Source: an uncultured Chloroflexia bacterium
GTDB lineage: Bacteria > Chloroflexota > Anaerolineae > CG2-30-64-16
Direction: 5' to 3'
Assembly (NCBI GenBank): GCA_963808455.1
Contig: CAWEHT010000155.1
Span: 1 to 57,521, forward strand
DNA length: 57,521 bases
Made by a program: the position numbers and the translations under genes. Below, piece after piece: positions 19,708 through 33,404 of the stretch (positions within the stretch are counted from its first letter, which is position 1; each line of letters begins with the position of its first letter). The notes beneath the pieces are model-generated. The model saw nothing but the letters and a program-made list of their open reading frames with translations. It was not told the DNA's origin and ran no database searches.

Positions 19708-20136
19708 CTAGAACGGCAATTCGCCTTCGTCGCCGCCGGCGAACTCATCATTGGCCGCGCCGGGCGCCACGGCATGGCCGGCTGCTGCAGCCTCCGGGGC
19801 CCCTTCGCCGCGGGCACCGAGGAACTGCAAGTTGGTGGCCGTCAATTCGAGGGTGGCCCTGGCTTTGCCTTCTCGATCGGTGTAAGCTTGGGCTTCGATA
19901 TCACCTTCAACGAGGATCAGCTTGCCCTTTTGCAGGTATTGGGCCGCCGTTTCGGCCAGCTTGCGCCAGCAGGTCACCCTGAACCAGGTGGTTTTCTCCT
20001 GCTGCTCGCCGCTTTGACTCGTCCATCGGCGGTTGGCAGCCACCGTGAAAGACGTGACCGGGACCCCGCTCGGCGTATAGCGCATCTCCGGGTCCCGGCC
20101 GACGTTCCCGACGACGATGGTTTTCTGGTAAGACAT
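19708..20136 (-). CDS. ssb: Single-stranded DNA-binding protein
   Basis: VGNVGRDPEMRYTPSG, TTWFRVTCW, acidic tail ending ELPF; AGGAG RBS. Confidence 0.97.
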   Translation of the reverse strand: MSYQKTIVVGNVGRDPEMRYTPSGVPVTSFTVAANRRWTSQSGEQQEKTTWFRVTCWRKLAETAAQYLQKGKLILVEGDIEAQAYTDREGKARATLELTATNLQFLGARGEGAPEAAAAGHAVAPGAANDEFAGGDEGELPF

Positions 20137-20200
20137 GTGCGTGATCTCCTTTCGTGCGTGTGCTCGAATCAAACTTGTCGCGTCGGTCGTTATGATGCTC

Positions 20201-20229
20201 AGGTTACCACAAGTCGGGCACTTTGTCAA
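20201..20229 (-). promoter_or_regulatory. Sigma70-like promoter TTGACA-17-TAACCT for ssb
   Basis: tgtcaa 20224-20229 and aggtta 20201-20206 on the + strand. Confidence 0.6.
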
Positions 20230-20278
20230 GAACATAAGTTCGGATAACGGCGTTTCGCTGTCGGGGCAAGACCTGTCA

Positions 20279-20479
20279 TCATCCGCCGCTTGTCAGGTGG
20301 ATCGCCTGGATCTCGGCACCATCCGGCACGGGGGTGCTGCCGAAATCTGCCCGCAGCACGAGCTGGCCATTCACCCGCACCACGATCATGCGGAAACTGA
20401 ACTTGAGCGCGTCGAGCACGTCCTGCACGGTCATGCCTGGGCGCCACGCTACCTCATACTGTTGATTGACGCGAATCAT
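20279..20479 (-). CDS. ThiS/MoaD family sulfur carrier protein
   Basis: 66 aa, MIRVN...VVRVNG...DGAEI...C-terminal GG. Confidence 0.9.
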   Translation of the reverse strand: MIRVNQQYEVAWRPGMTVQDVLDALKFSFRMIVVRVNGQLVLRADFGSTPVPDGAEIQAIHLTSGG

Positions 20480-22640
20480 GCTCTCTGACCAGCTCGACTA
20501 CGTCGGGGAAATCGATGCCCAGCTCGTGCAGCTTCGACAGGGTCGGGACGCCGTCGGCGTCCCAGCCTCGCCGGCGGTAGACGGCATCGCATAGCTTCTG
20601 GTACTGCGCCTGCCGGTAGGCCTTGAGGGCGATGACCTTCTCGAGCGTGGTCATGGCAGAAGGGTCGAGCGCCAGGTTCTCGCGCAGCTGTTTATCGTAG
20701 CGTTCGGCCCGGCTCTCGTACTCGGCGACCGTCACCGGCCCTTGCGAGCGATAGGGGATGCGATCGTGCGCGCGCGTGCCGCCGCCCAGCCGCAAGTTGA
20801 AGATGCGTTGGAAGTTGTAGACCCGCTCTGACATGGTGATCAGGTCTTCCTTCGTCACTTCCAGGCCCGTGACGCCCGAGAACAGAGCCACGTAGTTGTC
20901 TACATGCTCGGGCACCTTCGCCGGCTCGGAGGTCGTGGCGTTGTCTGCCGGCTCGATATCGTTCCAGGGCAGCTTGCACAGCCCGTTGAGCCCGAACCAG
21001 GTGCGCCACATCGGGAAATAATGCAGCGCCTCGGCTTTATCCTGGAACGTCGGGATCTGGTTGTTGACCATATCCATGAAGATCAGCCAGGCCTCGTCGT
21101 GCTGCGGGCCTTTGTTGGCCAGGCCATAGCCGCCTTGCTGCGCCAGGCTCTCTTTGGTGACGTATTCGGAGTATTCCAGGCCCTTGGCTTCCATGCCGAT
21201 GTCGTCCAGAAAAGCCCGGTCGGCGCCGAAGTGGGTCGCGAAGTAGTCCTTCATGCGGCGAGTGCCCAGGCCGGCGATCAACCCGAACCCCTCGCCCCTG
21301 GCCATCTGGTGGAGCATCTCCAGCGCCGCGGCGGCGTTGCCGAAGTGCAGGTCCAGCCCGCCGGTCTTCGCCAGGTCCAGCACGCCGGCCTCGTAGCATT
21401 CCATCACGAAAGCCGTGAGCGTGCCGAACGAGATCGAGTCTACGCCGTAATGATCACAATAGAAGTTGAGCTCCAGGATGGGCTGCGGGTCGAAGATGCC
21501 CAGATTGGAGCCGCAGCCGGCGACGGTCTCATATTCGGGGCCGTCCACCGACACGCATTTCCCCTGCCACGGGCCGGTGCGCAGGCAGACCTTGTCATCG
21601 CCCTTCGAACAGGCCATGGTGCAGCCATAGAAACAAGAGTCGAGGATGCCCTGCGTGAAGAGCCCATCCCAGACCCTGGAGTCGATCAGCCGGGAATCCT
21701 CGTGCGCGCCGAAACGGTAGTTCTTGATCGGCAGGAGATCATAGTCGTTCATGATCTCGACCAGGTGCGCCGTGCCCACCCGCCGCATGCGGTTCTGCTG
21801 ATCGTCCAGCTCGTTGATCTCGCGATTGATGCGCTGGCCCACCTTGCGGATGCGGGCCATGTCGGCCGGATCGTTGGAATCGGCCTTGATGCCGGTGAAA
21901 CGGCAGACGATGGCCTTGACGTGCTTGTCGCGCAGGAGAGTGCCCAGCCCGCCGCGCCCCGCCTGTTTGACGCGCACGATGCCCCGGCGGGGCTCGAACC
22001 AGCTTACATTCAGGCAGCCGATGCGCGTGTGCTCGCTGCCCTGGCCGGCCGAGACCACCGAGATGTTCCGCCGATCGGCATCATCGCGGGCGTACATTTC
22101 GGTGAGCTGGGTGGCCACCTCGTAGGTGTTGACCGCCTCCAGCGGCGCCTCGTCGATGAAGACCTGCCCGGCATCGCCGTCGATGAAGACGATCACGTCG
22201 CGCTCGGCCTTGCCCTGCAGCTCGAGCGCGTCCCAGCCGGAGAATTTCAGCAACGGGCCGAAGTAGCCACCCACATTCGAGTCGATAACGATCTCGGTCA
22301 GCGGTGAGATGGCCACCACGAGCGATTTCCCGGTGCCGGGATAGGAAGGGGTGCCGCAGATCGGGCCGGTGGTGATCACGATCTCGTTCTCGGGATCATC
22401 CCAGCGGGTCTGGCGCGTTACGGCTTGCCAGAGCCGCCAGAGACCGAAACCCTTGCCGCCGATAAAGACGCGCTTCATCTCTTCGGTCACCGGCCGGGCC
22501 TCGATCTGCCCGCTCCCCACGTTTACGTACAGAGTCTGGCCGGCATAGCCACGGTGCACTTTGGGCACCGCGTATTGGTACTCCGCCAGCCGCCGGTGCG
22601 CCAGCTTCATCGCTTCCAAAGTAGCATCCGTCGTCCCCAT
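20454..22640 (-). CDS. Tungsten-type aldehyde:ferredoxin oxidoreductase family protein
   Basis: GGKGFG, SPLT...DSNVGG, AGRGGLG, C..CTM.C, DGPEYET, CDHYGVDSIS, YRRRGWD.DGVPT; GGAGGT RBS. Confidence 0.92.
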   Translation of the reverse strand: MGTTDATLEAMKLAHRRLAEYQYAVPKVHRGYAGQTLYVNVGSGQIEARPVTEEMKRVFIGGKGFGLWRLWQAVTRQTRWDDPENEIVITTGPICGTPSYPGTGKSLVVAISPLTEIVIDSNVGGYFGPLLKFSGWDALELQGKAERDVIVFIDGDAGQVFIDEAPLEAVNTYEVATQLTEMYARDDADRRNISVVSAGQGSEHTRIGCLNVSWFEPRRGIVRVKQAGRGGLGTLLRDKHVKAIVCRFTGIKADSNDPADMARIRKVGQRINREINELDDQQNRMRRVGTAHLVEIMNDYDLLPIKNYRFGAHEDSRLIDSRVWDGLFTQGILDSCFYGCTMACSKGDDKVCLRTGPWQGKCVSVDGPEYETVAGCGSNLGIFDPQPILELNFYCDHYGVDSISFGTLTAFVMECYEAGVLDLAKTGGLDLHFGNAAAALEMLHQMARGEGFGLIAGLGTRRMKDYFATHFGADRAFLDDIGMEAKGLEYSEYVTKESLAQQGGYGLANKGPQHDEAWLIFMDMVNNQIPTFQDKAEALHYFPMWRTWFGLNGLCKLPWNDIEPADNATTSEPAKVPEHVDNYVALFSGVTGLEVTKEDLITMSERVYNFQRIFNLRLGGGTRAHDRIPYRSQGPVTVAEYESRAERYDKQLRENLALDPSAMTTLEKVIALKAYRQAQYQKLCDAVYRRRGWDADGVPTLSKLHELGIDFPDVVELVREHDSRQSTV

Positions 22641-22754
22641 TCGGAACCTCCGCGTCGGTGTTACAGCCCGTCCTGCGGACGGCCTTATGTCTGCACCATA
22701 GCATGCCGGCGCCAGAGTGACCATGACCTGCGTCAGCAATTCGAGATAGGAGCG

Positions 22755-25367
<2,613 letters not shown>

Positions 25368-25469
25368 GATCCCTCTCCAATGACGCTCACTTAAACACAT
25401 GATCGAAGCTCTCCCCTCGGGGAGGCTCCGCTTTCGAACGATTCCAGCTTCCAGTATGCCGCAGCCCGC

Positions 25470-25507
25470 GTTAGAAATACGTTGGCGGGGCGTTAGCGAT
25501 ATGTGAG
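25470..25507 (-). promoter_or_regulatory. Four direct repeats with 11-bp periodicity upstream of clpB
   Basis: GTTAG 25470, GTTGG 25481, GTTAG 25492, GTGAG 25503; CATACT -10-like hexamer at 25453-25458 on the minus strand. Confidence 0.45.
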
Positions 25508-25572
25508 AGGGGCCAATGTGTCGCGGGGCAAGCTCGGAGGAGGGCGCTCTGCCTTCGGTGCAGGCGAGGCGC

Positions 25573-26367
25573 TCAGCCGGCGGCGCGGGGCCGTTCGTAG
25601 ACGCCGCGCCAGCCGTTCAGGCGGATCTGCAGCACCTCGCACAGCATGCGCAGCGTGTCGCGGACCGCGCTGACCCGGCTATCGCCGTCGAAGTACCAAT
25701 CGATGGGCACGCCGACCACCCGATAGCCCCGGCGCAGGGCGATGAACAGCGCTTCGACGTCGAAGCTCCAGCCGAGCGTGGTCAGATCGGCAAAGATCTC
25801 GAGGGCCACCTCGCGCCGAAAACTCTTGAATCCGCATTGTGAGTCCGGGAACTGCGGGATGGCCATCCCGCGGACGATCAGGTTGAAGACCCGCCCCATG
25901 AGATGCCGGTAGGCCGGCTCGCCATAGCGGTGGGCTCCCGGCCCTTCGCGCATGCCGATGGCCACATCGTAGCCTTCCAGCATGGGCGGCAGGAATTTGT
26001 CGAGCTCGCCGATAGGCATGGACAGGTCGGAATCACACATGAAGAGGTAGCGGCCCCGCCCGGCCAGCATGCCGGCCCGCACGGCCGCGCCCTTCCCTTT
26101 GGCGCTGTGCAACACGCGGACGAAAGGGTAGCGCCCCGCGAAGTCCTCTGCGATCGCCGTCGTGCGGTCGTGGCTGCCATTCTCCACCACCAGCACTTCC
26201 ATGCAACCCGGACGGCTCTGCGCGTACTCTACCACGCTGTTCAACGACCTTGGCAGGCGCGACTCTTCATTGTATGCCGGGATGATGATGCTCGCCAGCA
26301 CCTCCTCCGCCGGCCCTTGCATGGCCATGCCCGTGGGCAATGGTGCGCTTGCCGTGCTCACGATCAC
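25573..26367 (-). CDS. GT2 dolichyl-phosphate glucosyltransferase-like protein
   Basis: [35 protein letters not shown]. Confidence 0.9.
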   Translation of the reverse strand: MIVSTASAPLPTGMAMQGPAEEVLASIIIPAYNEESRLPRSLNSVVEYAQSRPGCMEVLVVENGSHDRTTAIAEDFAGRYPFVRVLHSAKGKGAAVRAGMLAGRGRYLFMCDSDLSMPIGELDKFLPPMLEGYDVAIGMREGPGAHRYGEPAYRHLMGRVFNLIVRGMAIPQFPDSQCGFKSFRREVALEIFADLTTLGWSFDVEALFIALRRGYRVVGVPIDWYFDGDSRVSAVRDTLRMLCEVLQIRLNGWRGVYERPRAAG

Positions 26368-26462
26368 TCTTTGCCCTCTTTTTGTCGCAATTTGCCCCGA
26401 AGTCCCTGTATGGAGAAAGCGCTGGCGAACTCGCGAGGTCCTTCACCGTGCCGCGTGCGCTG

Positions 26463-27360
26463 CTACCAGCGCATCAGGTTTCTCAACGCGAAGCCCGCGA
26501 TGAGCTCTACGACCACCGCGCCGCCCCAGAGCAGATAGGCACCCTGGCGCTGCACCTGGCGATAGATCAACACGCCGCCTACCACATTGGCGCCCCAGGC
26601 GAACAGGCCGATCAGCGGCAGCGCAAACAGCTCGGTCTTGCCGGCAATGCGGTCAGGCAGACCGTTGGCGTCGAAGTGCAGTGGCAGGTTTGCCGAGAGC
26701 GCCGGGAACCGGAAGCACAAGGCGCCAAACAACAGCAACACGCCCGCGAGGCCCAGGCCGATGAGCGCCAGGGCCTGCCGGTCACGCCAGAGCGCCCACG
26801 TCCAGAGGGGGGGCCGCTGCACCTGGGCCTGCAGCGGGGCGCGCGATCCCCAGACGATAGCGTTCCTGCAGGGCGTTGATGAAAGCCTCCGGATCGGATG
26901 GCGAGAGCCCAAAGTTGCCGCTGGCAGTGACCAGGATGACTTGCTCGGGCAAGGGGCGAGTGGCGTAGCCCCGCACGCGGCCCAGTTGCTTGCTGGCGAT
27001 CCAGCGGCAATCCGGGCAGGGAAAATGCCAGGGCCGGGGCGGCGCCTCGTTGGCCAGGTCCGCCCCCCGTTGGATGCGGAGGATCTCTCCCATCGGCACC
27101 ACCTGGCGCATCGGCCCCCAGACAACGGTCACACCATCTCGCTCGACCCAGTACTCCAGAGCAAAAGCGCCATGCGTGCGATAGGCGACATAGATCAGGA
27201 TCGGCAGGCTGGCGAGAACGCATAGGCCCAGCAGGTAACTGGCGGCGTCTGGGCCACGGACAGAGACCACACGCACGAAGAGGACATCCAGCAGGAGCAT
27301 GCCGAGGACAAGCAGGATGCCTTTCCAGCGATCAGGGTTATCGCAAGGCTTGAAGCTCAT
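26463..27360 (-). CDS. Bacterial PH-domain / DUF1648-like membrane protein (apparent frameshift near 26830)
   Basis: Two TMs plus a PH-like region (GLSPSDPEAFINAL); C-terminal LPLHFDANGLPDR DUF1648-like motif. Confidence 0.75.
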
Positions 27361-27363
27361 GTT

Positions 27364-28146
27364 CTATTCCCGCCCGTCTGGCAGATGCAGGTCCCAGTGG
27401 GCCAGTTCGGCCAGCTGTGCGCGATCGGTCATGTCCATGTTCAAAGGCGTGACCGAGATGTAACCGTGCGCCAGAGCGCCGAGGTCAGTGCCTTCCTCGG
27501 GCTCGCCGGCGGGCGGGTCGCCACCGATCCAGTAATACGGCCTGCCTCGGGGGTCCAGGCGTTCGATCAGGATGTCGCGGTAGACCCGGCGACCAAGCCG
27601 CGTCAGCTGGATGCCCCGCATCGCATGGCCGGGCAACGCCGGAAGGTTGATGTTGAGCAGCCTGCCGGAGGGCATGCCACGCTCCAGAACGTGCGCGGCG
27701 ACGGCAGCCACGACGTGCCCGGCGAACTCGAAATCGGCATCGCCGGCCTGGGGAAGCTCCTGGGAAGCGGCGATGGCCGGCAGCCCCGCCACGGCAGCCT
27801 CCATAGCGCCGGCCACCGTGCCCGAGTAGGTGATGTCGTCTCCCAGGTTCCCTCCCAGGTTGATGCCCGACACCACCAGGTCGGGGCGCTGGGGCACCAC
27901 GCCGAGCAGCGCCAAGCCCACGCAGTCTGACGGCGTGCCGGTCGTGGTGAATAGGGGCAAACCGTCCTCGGTGTGTCCCCGGTCGATCCGGAGCGGCTTG
28001 TGCATGGTCTTGGTGTGCCCGGCCGCCGACCAGTTGTGGTCAGGCGCAAAGACCGTCACCTGGCCCAGCCGGGCCATGGCGTGGGCCAGGGCCTTGAGCC
28101 CCGGCGACTGGTACCCGTCGTCATTCGTAAGCAGAATGTGAGGCAT
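27364..28146 (-). CDS. surE: 5'/3'-nucleotidase SurE
   Basis: ILLTNDDG, GTPSDCV, VVSGINLG.NLG..ITYSGTV, YYWIGG. Confidence 0.96.
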   Translation of the reverse strand: MPHILLTNDDGYQSPGLKALAHAMARLGQVTVFAPDHNWSAAGHTKTMHKPLRIDRGHTEDGLPLFTTTGTPSDCVGLALLGVVPQRPDLVVSGINLGGNLGDDITYSGTVAGAMEAAVAGLPAIAASQELPQAGDADFEFAGHVVAAVAAHVLERGMPSGRLLNINLPALPGHAMRGIQLTRLGRRVYRDILIERLDPRGRPYYWIGGDPPAGEPEEGTDLGALAHGYISVTPLNMDMTDRAQLAELAHWDLHLPDGRE

Positions 28147-28165
28147 CGCTTGTCTTGCAGCCGGT

Positions 28166-31100
28166 TTACTGCGCCGGCGTGGCTGTTGGCGTCGGCGTTG
28201 GCGTCGGCGTGGCCGGGGGCTTGTGCTTGACGATGATCGTCACTGGATCGCTCTGGGTCGAATTGCCGGCCTTGTTGAACGCCTTCACCGTGATGGTATG
28301 GGTCTCGGGGCCATCGCCGGCCATCGTGATCGTCCAGGCGATGCTGTAGGGCGCGAGGGTCGTCTCGCCGATCAGCTTGCCGTCGAGATAGAACTCCACC
28401 CTGTCCATCGCCCAGGTGTCCTGGGCGTCGGCCGTGATGTTGACGACCTCGTCCTCTTCCATCACGTATTCGGGGTCTTTGCCCGAGGCGTCCTTCTCCG
28501 GGTGAATGATCTTCACCTTGGGCGCCGCATTGTTGACGACCACCTGGATATTCGTGGTTTCGACGCTGCCATCGTTCTTCATCACCGTCAGTCGCAGGTG
28601 ATAGAGCCCGTCAAAGCCCGTCGTATTCCATATTTCCAGCAGGCCGTTGGTCACCTGGTTGTTGTGTGTGCCGCCGACTGGCGTCCATTCGTCGGGTTTG
28701 CTCTGCGACGCCACCTCCAGCTTGTAAGCGTGGAAGTTGGCACCGCGCGCCGTGCCCGTGATCGGCACGGTCCCGCGCACCGAGCCGCCCATGATCGGTC
28801 CGGTGATCGCCACGTCGCCGGTCGAGGCCGCCACCGCGCTGCACGGGCCATCCTCATCTGTGGGCGGCTGCGGCAAGTCCTTTTGGGTGCGGACCCAGTC
28901 GGCCGCGTTGGAAGGAAAGATCTGGTAGACCTTGCGCACGACCGCGTCCGGCGGCGTGCAGGGCGATGCCAGCTTACCGTTGTTTTTGTTGATCTCAAAG
29001 GCCTGGAACATGTCATCTTTCTGCGTTGGCACGTGGCCGGTCAGGAAGATGTCGTCGGTCGTCTGCGGGCAGTCAGGGGTTGGCAGCAGGCCCGACGGGA
29101 CGCAGACGGTGGCGTGCTGGATGCCGGGCGGTTCTTGCCAGGTCTGCACCGGTTGGCCGGCCATCGCCTTTAGCATGATGGCGTGCCAGATCGGCGCCGC
29201 GCCCAGGGAGCCCGTCGATTGGGCCATCGGGTGATCGTCGCTGTTCCCCGTCCATACCCCTACCACGAGCTGTGGCGTGTAGCCCAGCGTCCAATCATCC
29301 TTGTAGTCGTTGGTCGTGCCGGTCTTGGCGGCCACCGGCCGGTCGGGCAGAACGAGGTAATCGGCGTACGAGCCGAAGGCGACCGGGCGAGGGCTGGGGT
29401 CGCTCAGCACATTGTCGAGCATGTAGACGGGCGCCGGATCGAACACGCGCTCGGTGGTCGGCTTATCGTAGCGCTCGAGGGTGTTGCCGTCCTTATCGCG
29501 CACCTCGAGCACGAAGACCGGGTCGAGGTTGCGGTAGCCAGGGCGCTTCTGGTCGTCTGGAACGGGCTGACCGGCCATGATGCCACCGTTGGCGAAAACG
29601 CTGTAAGCATAGGTGTGGTCCAACAGCGTGATCTCGCCGCCGCCCAGCGTCAGCGCCAGGCCATAGTAGCTGAGCTCCTTGTCGAGGCTGCTGACCCCGG
29701 CTTTGCGGGCAGTCCGGATGACGTTGCCTACGCCGACCTGGCTCATCAGCCAGACGGCGGGGATGTTGTAGGAGCGTTGCAGCGCCCAGCGCAGTAGCTG
29801 CGGCCCATGGTAGGTGCGATCGTAGTTCTCGGGCACGTAAGGCCCGTTGATCGCGTCGGGAAACACTGTGCGAACGTCCATCACAAAGGTCGAAGGTGAA
29901 TAATTGCCCGACTCGAAAGCCGTCAGGTAGGTGTAAGGCTTGAACGAGGAGCCGGGTTGCCGCGGCGAGACGGCGACGTTGACCTGGCCGTCGATACTAT
30001 CGTCAAAATAGTCCAGGCTGCCGACCATGGCGAGCACCTCGCCGGTCGGCGGGCGGATGGCAACCACGGCCGCGTTGGTCATCTGATGATCGTACTGCTG
30101 GCCCGGAGATTGTAGTTGCGGGATGACCGGCAGGTTCTGCAGGCCTCCCTGGCACGCCTTGGGCTGCTTCATCTGCACGGCGGCGATGTGGCTGCGCGCT
30201 ACGCATTCCGCATACGCCTGCAGGTTCCAGTCCAGCGTCGTATAGACCTGTAGGCCGTTCTCCCAGATGTAATAGGGGTCTTCGGCAGTGTTGTACTGTT
30301 CCTCGATCTGGTTCAGGACATAGAGCGCGAAATGCGGCGCGTCGGGCGGGATCTGATAGCGCTGCTCGGCGCTTTCCCGCGTGTATTGCCACAGCGTTGT
30401 GGGCAGTTTCTTGGCGGCATCGGCCTCGGCCTGGGTGAGCATGCCGGCCTTGACCATCGCATTGAGCGCCCGGGCAGTGGCCGGCCGGTCGCCCGTCGCC
30501 ACCAGCGGCAGATCCTGGTCTGTCAGGAAGCCCTGGCCAACGAGGTCGTTGAGCAAAGGTGTGTTGAAATAGCGGGTGGCCTTCTGTGCCTGGGCGTCCG
30601 TGATGTAGCCGGCATCCACCATCGCCTGAAGCACGGCGCGCTGGCGACGATAGGCGTCGGCGGGTGCCTGCAGGGGATTCAAGCCCGGATACTCCGGGAT
30701 GGCCGCCAGCACGGCGACCTCGTCCAGGCCCAGTTCAGACACCGGCTTGTTGTAATAGACCTGGGAGGCGGCCTCGATGCCATAGGCCGCGTTGCCGTAG
30801 GAGATCAGGTTGAGATACCATTCCAGGATCTGGTCCTTGCCCTGCTTGCCCGGGTATTTGCGGGTGATATCCAGGGCCATGATCACTTCCCGGATCTTGC
30901 GGGAAACCAGGGGGCGGTAGCGGTCCTTGGGGTCGATCAAGGTGAGCTTGACCAGCTGCTGGGTGATGGAGCTGCCGCCTTGCACGGCGTTGCCGCGCAG
31001 ATCATTGACGAGGGCGCGTCCAAGGCCGCTGAAGTTCACACCGAGATTGGTGTAGAAGTTGCGGTCTTCGAGGGCAATGGTCGCCTCACGCGCCAGGATA

Positions 31101-31437
31101 GGTATCTGATCGATGGTCAGATAGGTGCGGTCGCCTCGGTAAGGACGGGGATCGATGGATTCGTAGAGCAGATGCTGGCCTGTGCGATCGTAGAATCTTG
31201 ACGGTCTGGTACGTGGATTGTTGGGTCTGGATGGCACTGGGGTCAGGCAAGCCCTGCCGCGAAATAGGCATACACACCGGCGAGCGAGGCAGTGGCGCCA
31301 AAAAAGAGGAAGCCAACAAAGGCCAGGATCGCCAGCAAACAACCGGCCCCCAACCGAAGGGTCCATTTTCCGATGTGCGGCCCAGAAGTTGCGCGTCGTT
31401 GGCGACGCCTGCGCTGGATCAATTCACTGCGATTCAT
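28166..31437 (-). CDS. Class A penicillin-binding protein (PBP1a) with C-terminal Ig-like domains (apparent frameshifts near 31200-31260)
   Basis: N-terminal TM; EDRNFY, QGGSSITQQL, RKIRE, YLN transglycosylase motifs; SSFK, SYN, KTGT transpeptidase motifs; VEFYLDG/APYS Ig-like tail. Confidence 0.92.
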
Positions 31438-31619
31438 AGGGTCACAAGGCATGTTAGCAGAAGAAGGCAGGCTTGGCAAACGAGCACGCCGGCGTGCTTG
31501 TTTCGGGCAGTTGGCGCGCGACCTGCCGACGCGATCCGGACGCCACACCCCCAGAGTTTCGTGCGACGGCCTCGAGCGGCCAGGCAGGGAGCGTGGTATA
31601 ATGCACACGAGGTTTGACG

Positions 31620-32123
31620 ATGTCAAGGCTGGATGTCGAAGGTCTCAAGCGGCGCATCAGCGACGCCGCCCTCGGGCAGGGGCAAGTGCGCCTGGTCTAT
31701 CTTTTCGGGTCGCTGGCCGGCGGCCAGGTCGGGCCGCTGAGCGATGCTGACCTGGCTGTGCTGCTCGCTCCTGGCGCGCCGGTGGCACGCAGCCGGTCGC
31801 AGCTTGCAAGCCTCTTTTCCGCCGGGCTCGAGGGCGTTGCCGTCGATCTGGTCATCCTCAACCGGGCGCCCGTCGAGTTGGCGTACGCCGTCATTGCTCA
31901 AGGCGAGATCCTCTTCCAGCGTGATCCGGCAGAGCGCGTCGAGTACGAGGCGGACGTGCTGAGCCGCTACGGGGACTTCTTGCCTTTTTTGCGGATCCAG
32001 CGACAGGCCATCCTGGAAGGAACGGGGCATGAGCGTCGAGTTCGCCGGCATCGAGAGGCGCTTGGACGAACTGAGCGAGCGCTTGCTGCGCCTGGTGCCG
32101 CTGAGCGAGAGACCGCGGACTGA
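31620..32123 (+). CDS. MntA-type minimal nucleotidyltransferase (type VII TA antitoxin)
   Basis: YLFGS....GPLSDADLAV, VDLVILNRAPVELAY; TGGTATAAT extended -10 at 31594-31602. Confidence 0.85.
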   Translation: MSRLDVEGLKRRISDAALGQGQVRLVYLFGSLAGGQVGPLSDADLAVLLAPGAPVARSRSQLASLFSAGLEGVAVDLVILNRAPVELAYAVIAQGEILFQRDPAERVEYEADVLSRYGDFLPFLRIQRQAILEGTGHERRVRRHREALGRTERALAAPGAAERETAD

Positions 32124-32165
32124 TTTCGAGCGCGAGCCTTATCTGCGCGATATCGTCGAGCGCAA
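32029..32165 (+). pseudogene. Truncated HepT/DUF86 HEPN toxin
   Basis: MSVEFAGIERRLDEL...YLRDIVERN matches the HepT N-terminus; similarity ends abruptly and no RxxxxH motif follows. Confidence 0.7.
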
Positions 32166-32467
32166 TGGAGAACGGCGTTTGTGTCTATATCGGCTATTAC
32201 GGGCCGCGGGAAATCAAGTATTCAGGGAGCGGCGGCGCAGGCAACGGTAACTGGGGTTTTGCTCCCTGTAGCTACCCACAAGCCTGCACCGGCGAATACG
32301 ATATCTACGTCGTAGCATGCCCTCCCAACGTACCGACGTACGGACTGAGCCTTGATCCAAGCGGTACCCCGCCGCCACCGGCCAAATCGCAGGAATGGAA
32401 CGCGGACGTCACTAACAAATGTGCTGCCGGGCAGTGGACGGGCATTGTCTTCAGAGGTACCCATTGA
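32165..32467 (+). pseudogene. Probable 3' fragment of an unrelated Cys/Gly-rich extracellular protein
   Basis: 100-aa ORF with lower GC than its flanks, no own RBS or signal peptide, begins exactly where HepT similarity ends. Confidence 0.4.
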
Positions 32468-32578
32468 CCACGGTGGGCGCGTGCCCTACGCCGGGCCTTC
32501 AGCTGAAGGCTGCCGGGACCGGCAGGCCGGCGAGCCGCCCACCAACGGGAACACAGGGGCGCAGCTCGGATGGAGGGA

Positions 32579-33375
32579 TTACGTTAGCTTTGAGAGGATG
32601 AGCAGGTGGCTCAGCCCGAAGGCCTGCAGGGGCGTATGCTCCAGGGCATACAGCACGCGGCGCAAGGCCTGGCCCAGGGCGGGGCGGCTGGCGACGACGT
32701 TGTCGAAGCCCGGGTAGATCACGCTGTGGTGCACGAGCTGCACGGGCTGGTCGGCGAAGAGCGCCATCAGGCTGCGGCCGGTGTAGGCGCGGACGTGCGG
32801 CGCCAGGCGGTCGCGGAGGGCATCGGGCAGCCAGTTGATGAACGGGGTATTGCCGAAGTGATAGCGCCCGCGCCAGTAGTGGCCGTGCGTCTCGAACGGG
32901 TAGCGCCGGTTGGGGGCAAAGATCACGATCTTGCCACCGGGCGCGGCGACGCGCACCATCTCGCGGGCGGCGGCCCGATCGTCTCGCACGTGCTCGATGA
33001 CCTCGTGCGAGAAGACTACGTCAAAGCTGCCGTCGCCGAAAGGCAGCTCCTCGACCGGCGCCACGACGATGCGTGGCCGGGACGGCGCTGGCCTGTTCCC
33101 TATTTCCTTATTGCCCATTCCCTCGTGTGCCTGCGCGGCCGCGGCGAAATCGATCTCGATGCCGGTCACGAGCGCGCCGCAGCGGCAGAATTGCGACGTG
33201 TAAGCGCCGACGCCGCAACCGGCGTCCAGGATGCGCGCGTGCCCTCGAGGCGTACATGGCCCCTGACCAGGGCCAGCCGGCGCTCCTGCCCGGCGCGCCA
33301 GACGTACGACGGGTGGCCCAGCCGGGCCGCGTCCTCGGCGCCGCGCCGGAAAGTTATCCCTTCCTGTTTCTGCAA
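32579..33375 (-). CDS. Class I SAM-dependent methyltransferase (apparent frameshifts near 33180-33240)
   Basis: GHPSYVWRAGQERRL, ILDAGCGVG (shifted frame), EELPFGDGSFDVVFSHEVIEHV, PNRRYPFETHG. Confidence 0.85.
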
Positions 33376-33404
33376 GTCGTCCTCTGCCGTTCCTGGCGTT
33401 TCAA

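Noticed and set aside
28170-28215. Short tandem GGCGTYGGCGT repeats
   Set aside because: They encode the Pro-Thr tail of PBP1a
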